Shown one piece after another: positions 30,573-40,622 of a stretch of DNA of 64,000 nt. This DNA is from a virus: the IMG/VR virus record IMGVR_UViG_3300049491_001102, positions 47,464 through 111,463 of that record. One strand, given 5' to 3'. The notes below the pieces were generated by a model. That model had not been told where the DNA came from, searched no databases, and saw nothing but the letters and a program-made list of their open reading frames with translations. A program made the position numbers and the translations under genes. Positions within the stretch are counted from its first letter, which is position 1; each line of letters opens with the position of its first letter.

Positions 30573-31286
30573 TTAGAGCTGATCACCACGGCGACGAGGT
30601 TGCCGAGCCGGTTCGGCCGAAGTGGTGGCCGTAGGGTTACCCGCTGGTGGCGGCGAACTTTGGTCTTCGCCCGAAGTTTGGCTTCCAGGGTCTTGATCGT
30701 TCTCGCCATCCTCCGGGGTCGCATCCGCAAGCTCTTGCGCTGCCCGTTTGTCCGTTTGAGGCGTGCGAACCCGTTGCTCTTCCTCCACTTTCGCCCATGC
30801 CTTGTCATCCTCAGTTTGAACCGGTGTGCGAGGTGCCACACTCGGTTTTGACCGAACAACCGGAGGGGACAAGGGCGGAGTCGAAACGCTATTTTCCAGG
30901 TACCCGGCCGGAAGATCCGGCACGGATTCCGCATCGGGGTCATAGCGCCAAAGCGGTGCTTCTGGTTGATTAACACGACTTTCTACGGGCGCGTAAACCC
31001 GCTTATAGAGCTCAGTATCCTTCACGCGAGACGCGGACTGATTAGCGAACGGATTCCCCTCTTGGATATCGATAGCACGAGCTTGCTCTTCAGTTACAAC
31101 ATCGAAGATGCGTTTCCCGACTTCATTGCGCTGAAGAGCTAACAACTGACCGAGTTGGTCAGAAACACTGTACCAGAGGCTCTTCCCTTGAGAAGAGTAC
31201 CCTTCCACGAACACTTTCCCACCAAAGGTGTAGCGGCGACTCGTACGGCCATGACGGGGGGAATGAGGTTTGATGCGCGCGAACAT
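30573..31286 (-). CDS. Hypothetical head-region protein with disordered Pro/acidic C-terminus
   Basis: Start placed at ATG 31286 (MFARIKP) because the upstream part is a terminator hairpin. Confidence 0.6.
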   Translation of the reverse strand: MFARIKPHSPRHGRTSRRYTFGGKVFVEGYSSQGKSLWYSVSDQLGQLLALQRNEVGKRIFDVVTEEQARAIDIQEGNPFANQSASRVKDTELYKRVYAPVESRVNQPEAPLWRYDPDAESVPDLPAGYLENSVSTPPLSPPVVRSKPSVAPRTPVQTEDDKAWAKVEEEQRVRTPQTDKRAAQELADATPEDGENDQDPGSQTSGEDQSSPPPAGNPTATTSAEPARQPRRRGDQL

Positions 31287-31313
31287 AAAAAACCGGCAGG
31301 GTGTCTGCCGGTT
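31287..31313 (-). terminator. Rho-independent terminator after capsid/decoration genes
   Basis: AACCGGCAG-loop-CTGCCGGTT followed by a T run. Confidence 0.8.
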
Positions 31314-31366
31314 CACTGTAACCTGTCTCGAAAGTGTGTCAATACTGGTCAGTTTCCTGACCCAGA

Positions 31367-31711
31367 TTAGTTCGCTTCGACGTACAGGTGCAAAGTCGAC
31401 GTGCTCAAGTTCGCGTCCGCTTGAGCAGCGCCGGCGGCGATCGTGTTCAAGAAGATCGCTTTCGTGGACGGTTTGTAACGCACCAGGTGAGTGATCGCCG
31501 TGGGAGCTGCCGTAAGCACTCCATAACCGTGCACGTAGTTCACGTTCACGGCATGACCAACAACCTTTCGAACAACCGTCTCAATCTCCGAGCCATCTGC
31601 AGCGGTATACGCCGCGTCGCCGGGGATAGTGATGTAGATCCGAAAAGTCGGGCGCATGGTCGTCTGACCATCTTCACCCTGTACAACTCCAGAAGCTGGG
31701 ATAAGTGCCAT
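31367..31711 (-). CDS. Putative capsid decoration protein
   Basis: 114 aa immediately after the major capsid gene, GGAG RBS, before a terminator. Confidence 0.6.
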   Translation of the reverse strand: MALIPASGVVQGEDGQTTMRPTFRIYITIPGDAAYTAADGSEIETVVRKVVGHAVNVNYVHGYGVLTAAPTAITHLVRYKPSTKAIFLNTIAAGAAQADANLSTSTLHLYVEAN

Positions 31712-31776
31712 TGTTTGTTCTCCGGTACAAAAGTTGAACTTTGCCCGCTAAGCGGGCACGAGCTGCCTAGTTTAGG

Positions 31777-32724
31777 CTACCCAACCTTGATGCCAGTTGC
31801 CTTCACAACGGCGGGTTCGTGGGCGTATTTGACGTCAAAGCGAACCGACGTCACAATGATGAGCTCACTAGCGGTGATATCCTTGTCGGTTTCCATCGTG
31901 ATCTTGCGTTGAAAGCCGAGCACGATGTTCTTGGGGTCCAGCAAGAGCGCGTAGGACTCATCATTCCCGGAACCAAGGTTCTCCGGGAACATCGGCACGT
32001 CGATGACCTTCATGCCGTTGTAGTTGATGTTGTTCAGCGAAGCTGCGTAAGCACCCAAAGCTTGGTCGCCCACATCGGTAGCGCGATTGGCCACTGAATC
32101 GCGATAGTCGATTTCTGCCTGGTTCGACACCAAGTAGAGCATCCGCGATCGGTCCATGAACTCGCTCGGCATCGTCTTCTGCATGTCGCGAAGCGTGTTC
32201 TTGTCGAGCGACACACCGCCGGCAGCCACAACGTTGGACGCAGCCTGCTTAACGATGCCATCCAACTCTGCAAGGTCCGGGTCCGCCGAAGTGGTGTCAC
32301 CCTGGATGACGATCTCATCCATGTCCCGTGCGACCGCGCCGGAAGCCGTCTCCATGACCGTGTTGACCAAGCCACCGCGCTCGATTTGGTCCTCCAACAC
32401 TTCATTGCCAAGGCGAATCTCCGCCTTGAACAAATGAGTGGTCAAGGTGACCTTCCCCAGCGTGGGTTTGGCCCGCTGATTGCTCGACAACGCAACTTGG
32501 GGTTTCGCCGCGTGCAAGATGCGGGTCGGGAAATAGAGCTTGTCGATTTCCGCCGTCGGGCCCGACATCGTCTGCACGGAAATCAATGGCAAAACTTTTG
32601 CCTGCTTGATCGTAATGCGCAAAAAGTTTGCTGCTTGCTGTGCAACGAGCAAACCGCCGGAAGTCAAATCAGACAGTGCAAGGTCTGCTTTTTCAAGGAG
32701 AGCTTTATTCTGGAGAGTGGCCAT
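31777..32724 (-). CDS. Major capsid protein (HK97 fold, XkdG-like)
   Basis: GGLLVAQQAANF...EVLEDQIE...ARDMDEIVIQGD...LDGIVK; AAGGA RBS. Confidence 0.92.
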   Translation of the reverse strand: MATLQNKALLEKADLALSDLTSGGLLVAQQAANFLRITIKQAKVLPLISVQTMSGPTAEIDKLYFPTRILHAAKPQVALSSNQRAKPTLGKVTLTTHLFKAEIRLGNEVLEDQIERGGLVNTVMETASGAVARDMDEIVIQGDTTSADPDLAELDGIVKQAASNVVAAGGVSLDKNTLRDMQKTMPSEFMDRSRMLYLVSNQAEIDYRDSVANRATDVGDQALGAYAASLNNINYNGMKVIDVPMFPENLGSGNDESYALLLDPKNIVLGFQRKITMETDKDITASELIIVTSVRFDVKYAHEPAVVKATGIKVG

Positions 32725-32767
32725 GTGTTGTCCTTAGTATGAACGGAACTGTGACTTTTGTTGACGA

Positions 32768-33346
32768 TTACAGGCTCGACTTGCGGTCAAATTCCGCCCA
32801 TGGATCTTTCGTTGCTTCCCCAGTAGCGGCCTGCTCATCCTTAGCAACGTTAGAAGTTGCTGTACTGGGTGTGACATGCATTTTTGCAACTTGAGCCAAT
32901 GTTTCAAGTGCAGCGGTAATCTGTTGAGTTGGGACCACGTTCGATGCTTTCGTCACCACTAAAGCACCCAAACCGGCACCCTTAGCAACATCTTCCATTG
33001 GAGGAGTAACGGCTGGTTCCTGCGGTGGTGTTTGTGCTGCCGGAGGTTCAGCAGCCGCGGGAGTTGGCGCTTCATCCCCATCCTTCAGCAGGAGGTTCAA
33101 AATAGCCGTTTTTTCCCGCAAGGCTTTCAAGCCTTCAGGAGTAGACGCGTCGAGTTTTTGGAGCTCGGCGACTACCACTGCAATACCTTCTGCTGATTCT
33201 TTGCCCTTCAATAGTTTTCCGCGCATATCTGCCTTTACAACCAAGAATTCGCGCTTGTTCGCGGCGGCCGTCACCAGCGACACCTCATGAACCGTTAGGT
33301 CCTCAAGTCGATGTGTGGCATCAGCATTTCCCTTGGCCGTTTTCAT
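32768..33346 (-). CDS. Scaffold-like protein carrying the EVSLV..AAN prohead-protease segment
   Basis: RLEDLTVHEVSLVTAAANKREFLVVK followed by a Pro/Ala-rich linker; precedes the capsid gene. Confidence 0.7.
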   Translation of the reverse strand: MKTAKGNADATHRLEDLTVHEVSLVTAAANKREFLVVKADMRGKLLKGKESAEGIAVVVAELQKLDASTPEGLKALREKTAILNLLLKDGDEAPTPAAAEPPAAQTPPQEPAVTPPMEDVAKGAGLGALVVTKASNVVPTQQITAALETLAQVAKMHVTPSTATSNVAKDEQAATGEATKDPWAEFDRKSSL

Positions 33347-33379
33347 ATACCTCAAAGGTAGAGCAACTAGTGCGGCCAA

Positions 33380-35311
33380 TCAATTCTTTTCGATAGCGAC
33401 TCGTTCAGCATACCCACCGAACGAGAACCCAGTAATGGCCCCGGACTTCACCGCAAGCCACAGATCATCGTCGAGAACACGCACGGCCATTAGCCACGAT
33501 CCTTTTTTGACGTAACCGGCATCGCCGGGCGCACCCTCGTCAACTTTTGCAATGTAGGATTCGACGATCTTAACTTGAGAATTGATGAACTGCTTATGTT
33601 GCAGTCCGATATTCCGGAAGTCTTCTAGAAACCCATAAGCTGCTTTCTTCACTTCAGCAGCACTCTGGGTATCACCCTGGGTATCGGTTTCTTCCGGCTC
33701 GGCGACTACTCCCAACACGTATCGCTCGTCATTTTCCGCTTTTAGGACAACACGAACTTTTTCGGTCGCCTTATTCATCCTGTTCAGGACTGGATTCTCG
33801 GCCGGTGTTGGAACTGCCAGAATACCAAGCCGCGATTTAGCGATAGGAGTTGCACTCTCTTGATAAACGGGGAGCAAAACCTCGTGACCGAAATCAACGT
33901 TTGTAGCGAATAACCGATCGAATGCTCCGGCATCGTTAATCTTGAACAATCGCCCGATGCTACCAAGTGAAGCACGATTTTCGGCTGAATCATCAGCACC
34001 AATCACAAACTTTGATTTGGCCACAACAGCACAAACATCCGCCAGCTCATCTTGACTGGGGACATCCATCAACATCAACACATTGGATTTGCGGAAGATC
34101 GCTGCTTCTGCCCGCCAATCTTCTTCTGCAAATGGGCTCACAACCGGGATGTCTCGTGGCAGGCAATCGGTGAGTTTAGAAATCCAGGTTGGAATCCCAG
34201 CCGATGTGGTCTCATCCGGTAGAAACTCGTAAACAGCTTTGTCTACGGTAACAAGTACGAGCTCCTTACCAACAGGTTGGAAACCCATTTCCTCGTTTGT
34301 CGCGAACCCGCTCTCGACGAGCCAATCAAGTGCCTTTTGTGCTCGCTCGCGATCTTCCATCTCCCAGTAGCGAACGGCCACTGGAATCTGTTTTTCTACG
34401 CCGAATGGCAATCCGGAGATTCCTTTTGGGGGGACCCGATTCTTGGTGCAGAGGGCAAGAGGAGTGGACAAAGCAACTTTGCACACCCAGCCTGCAGCCG
34501 TTGGCGTCAACTCCAATCGTTGGGTAAAAACCTCGGACTCAGCGAAGAGCTCGACTCGATCTGGTGTCACCACACCAGCGGACAAAGAGCACTTGCTCAC
34601 CAAGGTGCCAACCCCCGGCGCCGCTTTCCCCACTGGGATTGGTCCTGCGCAAAACACCTCAGGCGTCCATGATGCCACCGCCTTTTGGAGGTCGACTTTG
34701 CCTTCAAAGTCTTTTTTCACTACCGCGGCAAGCGTGAGCGACGAATCACCAAAATCGAAATGCAGTCCTTCTTTGCTGAGTCGCAGCTCGCAAGTCCGCC
34801 CGCTCTTCGTGATCGCGGCGAGGACCGAAGCCGGCGGCGACTTAGCCTCAGCATCTTCGGTTGCAGTTTCGAACATAAGCTCATAGATGTCTTTCGACGT
34901 TAATGAGCGAAGTATTTCTCCATTGTACACAAGCGTGTGCGAATGGACGCCGTCAAAAGCGGTTGACGTTGGCTGCGGTTGATGCCCATGAGTGCCATCA
35001 ACCGATGTCCATTGCGTTGTCCCGTCTGGATACGTAACTTTGTGCGTGTGCTCGCCGCTCCACCAGATGTAAAATTCGGAACTGTAGTTATCGAGCCAAT
35101 GCTGGTGCTCGCCACCCTCTTCTGTGACGATCACTGTACCGTCGGGTAGTTGGAATTTGTGCGTGTGGGCACCATCCTTTTGCGTTTTACCGGCTTCCAC
35201 GTCCAACAAGTGGACATGAATGCCATCTTCAGCAGTACCCGACGGAAGTGACTTAGCTAGCTTTTGGCTCACGGTTGAAGTCTCCTGTACCCCAGGGATC
35301 TTTACCATCAT
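33380..35311 (-). CDS. XkdF-like (Peptidase_S78_2) prohead protease with N-terminal His-rich repeats
   Basis: C-terminal VLGVVAEPEETDTQGD...IGLQH...VESYIA...GSWLM...GAITGFSFGG; six HxH repeats near the N-terminus. Confidence 0.82.
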   Translation of the reverse strand: MMVKIPGVQETSTVSQKLAKSLPSGTAEDGIHVHLLDVEAGKTQKDGAHTHKFQLPDGTVIVTEEGGEHQHWLDNYSSEFYIWWSGEHTHKVTYPDGTTQWTSVDGTHGHQPQPTSTAFDGVHSHTLVYNGEILRSLTSKDIYELMFETATEDAEAKSPPASVLAAITKSGRTCELRLSKEGLHFDFGDSSLTLAAVVKKDFEGKVDLQKAVASWTPEVFCAGPIPVGKAAPGVGTLVSKCSLSAGVVTPDRVELFAESEVFTQRLELTPTAAGWVCKVALSTPLALCTKNRVPPKGISGLPFGVEKQIPVAVRYWEMEDRERAQKALDWLVESGFATNEEMGFQPVGKELVLVTVDKAVYEFLPDETTSAGIPTWISKLTDCLPRDIPVVSPFAEEDWRAEAAIFRKSNVLMLMDVPSQDELADVCAVVAKSKFVIGADDSAENRASLGSIGRLFKINDAGAFDRLFATNVDFGHEVLLPVYQESATPIAKSRLGILAVPTPAENPVLNRMNKATEKVRVVLKAENDERYVLGVVAEPEETDTQGDTQSAAEVKKAAYGFLEDFRNIGLQHKQFINSQVKIVESYIAKVDEGAPGDAGYVKKGSWLMAVRVLDDDLWLAVKSGAITGFSFGGYAERVAIEKN

Positions 35312-35681
35312 TTTTGACGACTGGCAGATTGTCGCTGAAGTTCGTCACTGGCGTAGCGCTGCGAGCTTCAATGACCTTGCGGGTCATTGACGACCATGCG
35401 GTCATCGATTCTACGGACATTGGCCCGGTCAACATGGGGAAGCGGAAGGAGGAATTGTCGCTCCACGACCCGCTATCCGCGAGAAGTTTGGTGACCTCGA
35501 CGACTTCGCGAATCGCCTTGAGCTGCACGATTTGGTCGCGGGTCATCATCTTTTCGGTTTCGACCAAAGCAGCTTTCAAGGTGGATTCGAACCCATCTGG
35601 CGTGAGCTCTTTCGTCAGCCCGTCGGTGAGCTGGGTAACATGAGTATCGATTTTTTGGAGGGTGCTGACGTAGTCAATCAT
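35253..35681 (-). CDS. Hypothetical head-region protein
   Basis: Helical ORF; its C-terminal KDPW motif resembles the end of 32768..33346. Confidence 0.55.
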   Translation of the reverse strand: MIDYVSTLQKIDTHVTQLTDGLTKELTPDGFESTLKAALVETEKMMTRDQIVQLKAIREVVEVTKLLADSGSWSDNSSFRFPMLTGPMSVESMTAWSSMTRKVIEARSATPVTNFSDNLPVVKNDGKDPWGTGDFNREPKAS

Positions 35682-35685
35682 AATT

Positions 35686-35997
35686 TCACCGTGCAAACCA
35701 ACCGTTACGTTTTGACACTTGGTGTTCCAACTTGTCCAAAGCAGCTTTTAAGACTTCGAACATTTGGTCACAAGCTCTTTGGAAACTGAACCCGTGGTCA
35801 TTTCTCAGACGCTTAAACGCCATATAGCAGATATTCGTGCGCCGCTTGTGCTCCGCTGCCGTTTGATGCCGCATTGGATGCGTCTCAAATGACTCGGTGA
35901 CGTCGCGAGCAATAGCGGCGATCAAAATCTTCTGCTTGGTGCCATCGGACATGTCGACGGTCGACGATGGGACAAGGACTGACGGGGTACCGGTCAT
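35686..35997 (-). CDS. Hypothetical protein
   Basis: 103 aa in operon context. Confidence 0.55.
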   Translation of the reverse strand: MTGTPSVLVPSSTVDMSDGTKQKILIAAIARDVTESFETHPMRHQTAAEHKRRTNICYMAFKRLRNDHGFSFQRACDQMFEVLKAALDKLEHQVSKRNGWFAR

Positions 35998-36020
35998 TTA
36001 TGACCCCGAGAATAGCGCGC

Positions 36021-37178
36021 CTAGAAGTCAACCTCAACCGTACTGCGACAGAACCCGTGAAGGGGCGGCATCATAATGCCGGCAGACGCTAGAGAAGCGG
36101 ATGACGCCAATTTTACGTAATCACCAGCGTCATCGATGTTCCCAACACCTGATCGTCCAATAACACCAACTTGGAACTCACTTCCGTCCAGGTACTTAAC
36201 ATACATTTCAGTTGTACCATCTGCCAAAGGTCTATTTCTAACCCATGGTAAGATGTCTTTTACCGCATCATGCGTGTACCCAGACGCCATATCCACTTGA
36301 TTAAACTTCTGGAGAGCGACACTAACTTCCCAGACTTTCCCGTGGAGCGCACGACATATATCAGTCGTCCTCTCATCCATTACTGCTACAAAGCGATAGT
36401 GAGTGAACCCTGCCTCTTTGAACGTTACTAATTGAGTATTTGTCCGCGCACGATTCATCGTGGCGTAAGAGTATATTCCCCAGTAAGACTTTGGTTTATC
36501 TATGCCCGCCAACGTAGCGGCTTTAACCAAGTCTTCTGTAATATACTCTGCGCGCAAACCGGACTGAAGTCCATCAGCTACTATTTTACGCGCTGTAGAG
36601 GAAAACGCAGTAGAATGGCGTTTATACTCATCCGTTACATAAATAGACTGCGAACGCAAAATGTTGTTTGCGATCCCAGGATGCTGAGCATCAAAACTCG
36701 CGGTCACCCCAGCGCCCGGTGTGCCGAACAATCCCCCGAGCACACCGCCGCCACCTGACGATCCTCCGCCACCAAATCCAAGAACTCCTGGTGTTGAGGG
36801 TAAGCGATCACTCGTAGCCTGGGCAGTTCCATTGATGAGGTCCGCCAACGAAGCAGCCGTTGGCGCACGCACAAGGTCAGCTACCTCAACACCTGCAGCC
36901 GTAAAAAGCTTGGACACCGCAAGAATCACGGCCGCAACTTGGTCCAACGACATGTTGGTCCAGTTCACATCAAGCATTTGCACCGCGCGGTCGACCGTAC
37001 GCTGATCGATAGGCGCTGATGCTTCGCTCAAATCCTCAGCGAACTGTTCTGCGACCAGAACAAAATCGTCGGGTTTTGTGGGGTCGTCGGCTTTCCCAAC
37101 TTTCCCATAAGCTCGCAAGATTCGAGCAGCTCCTTTTGCTGTTCGGTGTGCGTGCGTGCAACTACAGCTCGGATTCAT
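36021..37178 (-). CDS. Head morphogenesis protein (Mu gpF/SPP1 gp7 family)
   Basis: YRFVAVMDERTTDICRALHG...PPLHGFCRST. Confidence 0.9.
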   Translation of the reverse strand: MNPSCSCTHAHRTAKGAARILRAYGKVGKADDPTKPDDFVLVAEQFAEDLSEASAPIDQRTVDRAVQMLDVNWTNMSLDQVAAVILAVSKLFTAAGVEVADLVRAPTAASLADLINGTAQATSDRLPSTPGVLGFGGGGSSGGGGVLGGLFGTPGAGVTASFDAQHPGIANNILRSQSIYVTDEYKRHSTAFSSTARKIVADGLQSGLRAEYITEDLVKAATLAGIDKPKSYWGIYSYATMNRARTNTQLVTFKEAGFTHYRFVAVMDERTTDICRALHGKVWEVSVALQKFNQVDMASGYTHDAVKDILPWVRNRPLADGTTEMYVKYLDGSEFQVGVIGRSGVGNIDDAGDYVKLASSASLASAGIMMPPLHGFCRSTVEVDF

Positions 37179-39147
37179 TGGCAGTTTCCTTGCGTGATGC
37201 AAAAACACCTCCCGCAAGTTTGACTGCCCGCGCTCGGCTATGCGTTTCAACCTGTTCTAGCAGATCGAAAAACTTGGTAAACGCCGCTTTATTGACGTCC
37301 ATCATTTCTTCCGACTCCGGTGTCGCTTCTTCCTGTGGGTCTTTGGACGGCGGCAACACTCCTTGGGCTTGGTCATTGGCCCCACCCGTTGCCGCCTTGC
37401 GCGAGTTCATGCGCAACACCTCCAAGGGGATGTCGAGGTTCTCCTCGGTGTCCGGTTTTTGGAACGTGGTCTGGAACACATCCTCGGACAACCGACGCAG
37501 TTCGGGAATCGTCAAGAAGCCGCGAGCGGCTGCATGGTCGATGAAAGTCGACATCAACTCTTTGTTGGTGTTCTTCGGCGCAAGCGTTTTGAACGAGTAG
37601 AAGCGAACACCCATCGCCTCGAACAAGACATCGTTCATGAACCAATCAAAGTCCTCCCGCATCGGGCTGTAGACTTGGTTGTCGGCAATCTGCATCGCTG
37701 CGTCCGCCGTCGCGCGATTGAAGTCTTGCGTGTTTGCTCGGGCAATTCGCGGGTTGCGAAATACGGAGCCGATGCCATCGTCGTTGCGCTCCATGTACTT
37801 CATAAATTGCCCGTCGTCTGGGATGTAGTGCTGCAACGGCTTGATCTCGATGGTGACCTTGCCGTTGGTGATTCCCATGGGGTTGGATGATTCAGCCTCC
37901 AAAATCAGCACTTTGTGGAAGTTCCGTTTTCCCCGAACTTCGTTTCGGATGAAATCGCGAAGGCGGTCAACGTCACCCGTCGCCAAGCGTCCTCCCGACA
38001 CCAAGATGGCCATGGGCGGAATGGATTTGTTCTCGAAGAACGCGAGGTTGATCTCCTCGGCGTATCGATTCCCAAGGACGGCCAAGAGTTCCGATATCCA
38101 GCGAGGAATACCGTATGGTGTCGTCGCAGACTTAATCCGAAAGTGATAGACCTCCGTAGCGACAAGTGATGGATTTTTGCTCTTATTATCCTTCTCGATG
38201 GTTTCGAGCTCTTCAACGCTTTTGTACGGTCGTCCGGTAACTGACGATATAACCCTGGGGTCTCCGAACTCTTTGAAGTAGCACTTCTTCCCCTTGAGTA
38301 TCTGAATGTACGTCCGAAATTTTCGCGTTCTTGTAACTGTAATTGAGTTCAAAGGGTCAATTCGCATAACCTGCTGAATCGGTATTTCTTCCTTTGATAA
38401 CTCACATAGACGCATTGTCTGCGCCTGCATGTAACGAATCTCGTTTGGGACATTGTTTCCGTTACGCAATATCTCCCAATACGCGTTTCCTACAGCTTCT
38501 AAATCACGCGTTCTTTCTTTACGTAGTGACTTGAACGAATCAGTAAGTGAACAATACCGAATAAATAGATCTATGTTTTGTTTCTCGATCACCATCAATT
38601 GCCGCAGAGAATCGATGGTTGACAGAATGTCATCTTCGGTAACTCCAAACTCACTACTAATGGCAAGAGCCTCGGTTAGATCAGTGTCTTCCTCGTCTTG
38701 CTTCTCTTCTGCCTTCTTTAGCAGCGTCTGCGCCGTTTTCTTGAGCCTAGATGTCAAAGCTTCAATAGACTCAGTTTTAAGTCTCTCACGAAGTTTTTGA
38801 GCCACAATAGCGGTGGCAACCCGTGATTTAACATCCGGCTTATTGAGGTCAATAATTGGCTGTAGAACGTAATCGCCGCCATCGATATTCTGCTCATAGA
38901 TATCGATGTTCGTTCGCAGCGAACCGCTCATATCGTAAAGACCAAACAAGCTAGTTTGGTCAAATGGTGGTTCCAGTGCTTTCGCATCTGCAAAAAGCTT
39001 CGCCAACTCCGGGTCATCACGGACAGATCGTGTCTCGTTAAACCCAAAGTCGATAAAATGTGTCTTTATGACTGGAACGTGGTCTCTGGCTTCTTTCTTG
39101 GTTGGGGCGGCGTATGTGATCTCTTCTTCATTATTCGTGGTCGCCAA
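37162..39147 (-). CDS. Portal protein (PBSX family)
   Basis: DLEAVGNAYWEILRN...HF...YGIPRW...NLAFFENKSIP...NRATA. Confidence 0.9.
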   Translation of the reverse strand: MATTNNEEEITYAAPTKKEARDHVPVIKTHFIDFGFNETRSVRDDPELAKLFADAKALEPPFDQTSLFGLYDMSGSLRTNIDIYEQNIDGGDYVLQPIIDLNKPDVKSRVATAIVAQKLRERLKTESIEALTSRLKKTAQTLLKKAEEKQDEEDTDLTEALAISSEFGVTEDDILSTIDSLRQLMVIEKQNIDLFIRYCSLTDSFKSLRKERTRDLEAVGNAYWEILRNGNNVPNEIRYMQAQTMRLCELSKEEIPIQQVMRIDPLNSITVTRTRKFRTYIQILKGKKCYFKEFGDPRVISSVTGRPYKSVEELETIEKDNKSKNPSLVATEVYHFRIKSATTPYGIPRWISELLAVLGNRYAEEINLAFFENKSIPPMAILVSGGRLATGDVDRLRDFIRNEVRGKRNFHKVLILEAESSNPMGITNGKVTIEIKPLQHYIPDDGQFMKYMERNDDGIGSVFRNPRIARANTQDFNRATADAAMQIADNQVYSPMREDFDWFMNDVLFEAMGVRFYSFKTLAPKNTNKELMSTFIDHAAARGFLTIPELRRLSEDVFQTTFQKPDTEENLDIPLEVLRMNSRKAATGGANDQAQGVLPPSKDPQEEATPESEEMMDVNKAAFTKFFDLLEQVETHSRARAVKLAGGVFASRKETANESEL

Positions 39148-39457
39148 CTGTGTACCCTCCCAATGCGGCCTGCATTAAGTTTGCGGCTCCAGCAGTTCCT
39201 ACTACAAGGCGCATGGCTCTCCAGAACTCAGGAACCTCCACAATCGTTGCCGAGGTGACCGCAGAACCAATGTTCACGAAATTCGTACCATCGACGGTGC
39301 CTTGCAAGGTCACACTCCAACCCACAAATGTTCCCGAGAACTGAACGCGTTTTGAAGTGATATGCGAAGTCCGCTTTGCCGGGCCATTCCCCGTGGTTGG
39401 TGCACCACCGGAAAGGGGGACTTCGAATTTCATGGAGTTTTTCAATAATTCGCGCAT
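39131..39457 (-). CDS. Hypothetical small beta-sandwich virion protein
   Basis: VQFSGTF...VTLQGTVDGTNF. Confidence 0.55.
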   Translation of the reverse strand: MRELLKNSMKFEVPLSGGAPTTGNGPAKRTSHITSKRVQFSGTFVGWSVTLQGTVDGTNFVNIGSAVTSATIVEVPEFWRAMRLVVGTAGAANLMQAALGGYTVGDHE

Positions 39458-39741
39458 TACGTAGCCTTTCCCGTAACATAGACATTAATGCCACTCGGTG
39501 TCATATTAGCCGACCGAATGGTATAACCCATGTTCATAACTTTGGACTTCGCTTCAGCCAGCGCTTTATCAGCCCCAATACAAGTTACAGAAAACCGTGT
39601 GAAGGCTTTTAGTGCGCTTTTGTTGTCTTTCTGTGACAATATTCGGCGCGCAACTTCTTGGGGAGTAGAGTTTGGAGCGAGAAATACAGACACTGGATAG
39701 CTGGTTTCTCGTGCTGCAGACACTGTTTTGAAGCTACTCAT
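39457..39741 (-). CDS. Hypothetical protein
   Basis: Probable start ATG 39741; operon packing. Confidence 0.5.
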   Translation of the reverse strand: MSSFKTVSAARETSYPVSVFLAPNSTPQEVARRILSQKDNKSALKAFTRFSVTCIGADKALAEAKSKVMNMGYTIRSANMTPSGINVYVTGKAT

Positions 39742-40306
39742 CTGATGTGTCCTTCCGCATTTTCCGGATAATACGTTCGAAGTCAACGGGCTGAAATCGT
39801 GGTGGCTTCCTGAAACTACCACGTTCATCCACGTACGGCCTGTTATTGTTTTCCTTCAACAGTCCGTACTGGGGATCGACCTTCGTCATATTTGCTTGGT
39901 GGAGAACGCCCCAAAGTTCGTTAATCTGCGCAGCCGTCATCCCCGTCCGCAGTAAGCCTTGGATAGCCACATAGATCATGTCCAAGAACTCATTGCACAC
40001 GTTTGCCAAGTCACCACGGTTAAGACCCATAATGACTTCACGCTGCTCGCTCTTCAACAACAGTAGAACAAGAGCTGTAGCTTTCGGATCTAGTTTTATC
40101 GACGTTGGGATCTCCGTCCCCCCAACGCGATGGAATTCTGCAACGTCTTCGACCATTCCCATGATGTTAAGATCCGAAAATTTCTTGTTAAACGTTGTCC
40201 GGCTAATACCGAGACTCTTGGCGGCTATAGACTTGTTACCCCCGTTCAGGAGGTATGCCGCTGTCATGAACACCCGTGTTACTGCATCCAGCGATAGGTT
40301 TACCAT
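39734..40306 (-). CDS. Fis-type HTH fused to MazG-like/PRA-PH NTP pyrophosphohydrolase domain
   Basis: GGNKSIAAKSLGISRTT is HTH_8; VAEFH...EQREV...EFLDMIYV...LHQANMTK...KP. Confidence 0.75.
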   Translation of the reverse strand: MVNLSLDAVTRVFMTAAYLLNGGNKSIAAKSLGISRTTFNKKFSDLNIMGMVEDVAEFHRVGGTEIPTSIKLDPKATALVLLLLKSEQREVIMGLNRGDLANVCNEFLDMIYVAIQGLLRTGMTAAQINELWGVLHQANMTKVDPQYGLLKENNNRPYVDERGSFRKPPRFQPVDFERIIRKMRKDTSDE

Positions 40307-40622
40307 TTTTCTTTAACGGGGCAGCTACGCCCGGTAGATACACGAAACTAGTTAGAACCGCGATTTTACGAGCAGCATTTTCACCGAGGTCGATACAGTT
40401 AACGTATCCACCTGTTAGCTCTTGTAGCTTAACAGATGTCTTTACTGCCCAGCATATGTTGAGTCCACCGACAACGACACCATGAGAGATGTAAACAAAC
40501 CCGGGGATAAACCCGAGCAATAGACAAAGATCTTCAAATTCTGCGTGGTCAGCATGACTTGGCACTGCCCTACATCTGAAGTCCAAATCATCAATGTGGA
40601 CAGATAATACTTTGGAACTCAT
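40236..40622 (-). CDS. Hypothetical protein
   Basis: ATGA overlap with the ParB-like gene. Confidence 0.45.
   Translation of the reverse strand: MSSKVLSVHIDDLDFRCRAVPSHADHAEFEDLCLLLGFIPGFVYISHGVVVGGLNICWAVKTSVKLQELTGGYVNCIDLGENAARKIAVLTSFVYLPGVAAPLKKNGKPIAGCSNTGVHDSGIPPERG

Noticed and set aside
36715-36795. Gly-rich insert in the gpF-like protein
   Set aside because: It is a short low-complexity linker with no further evidence of function.
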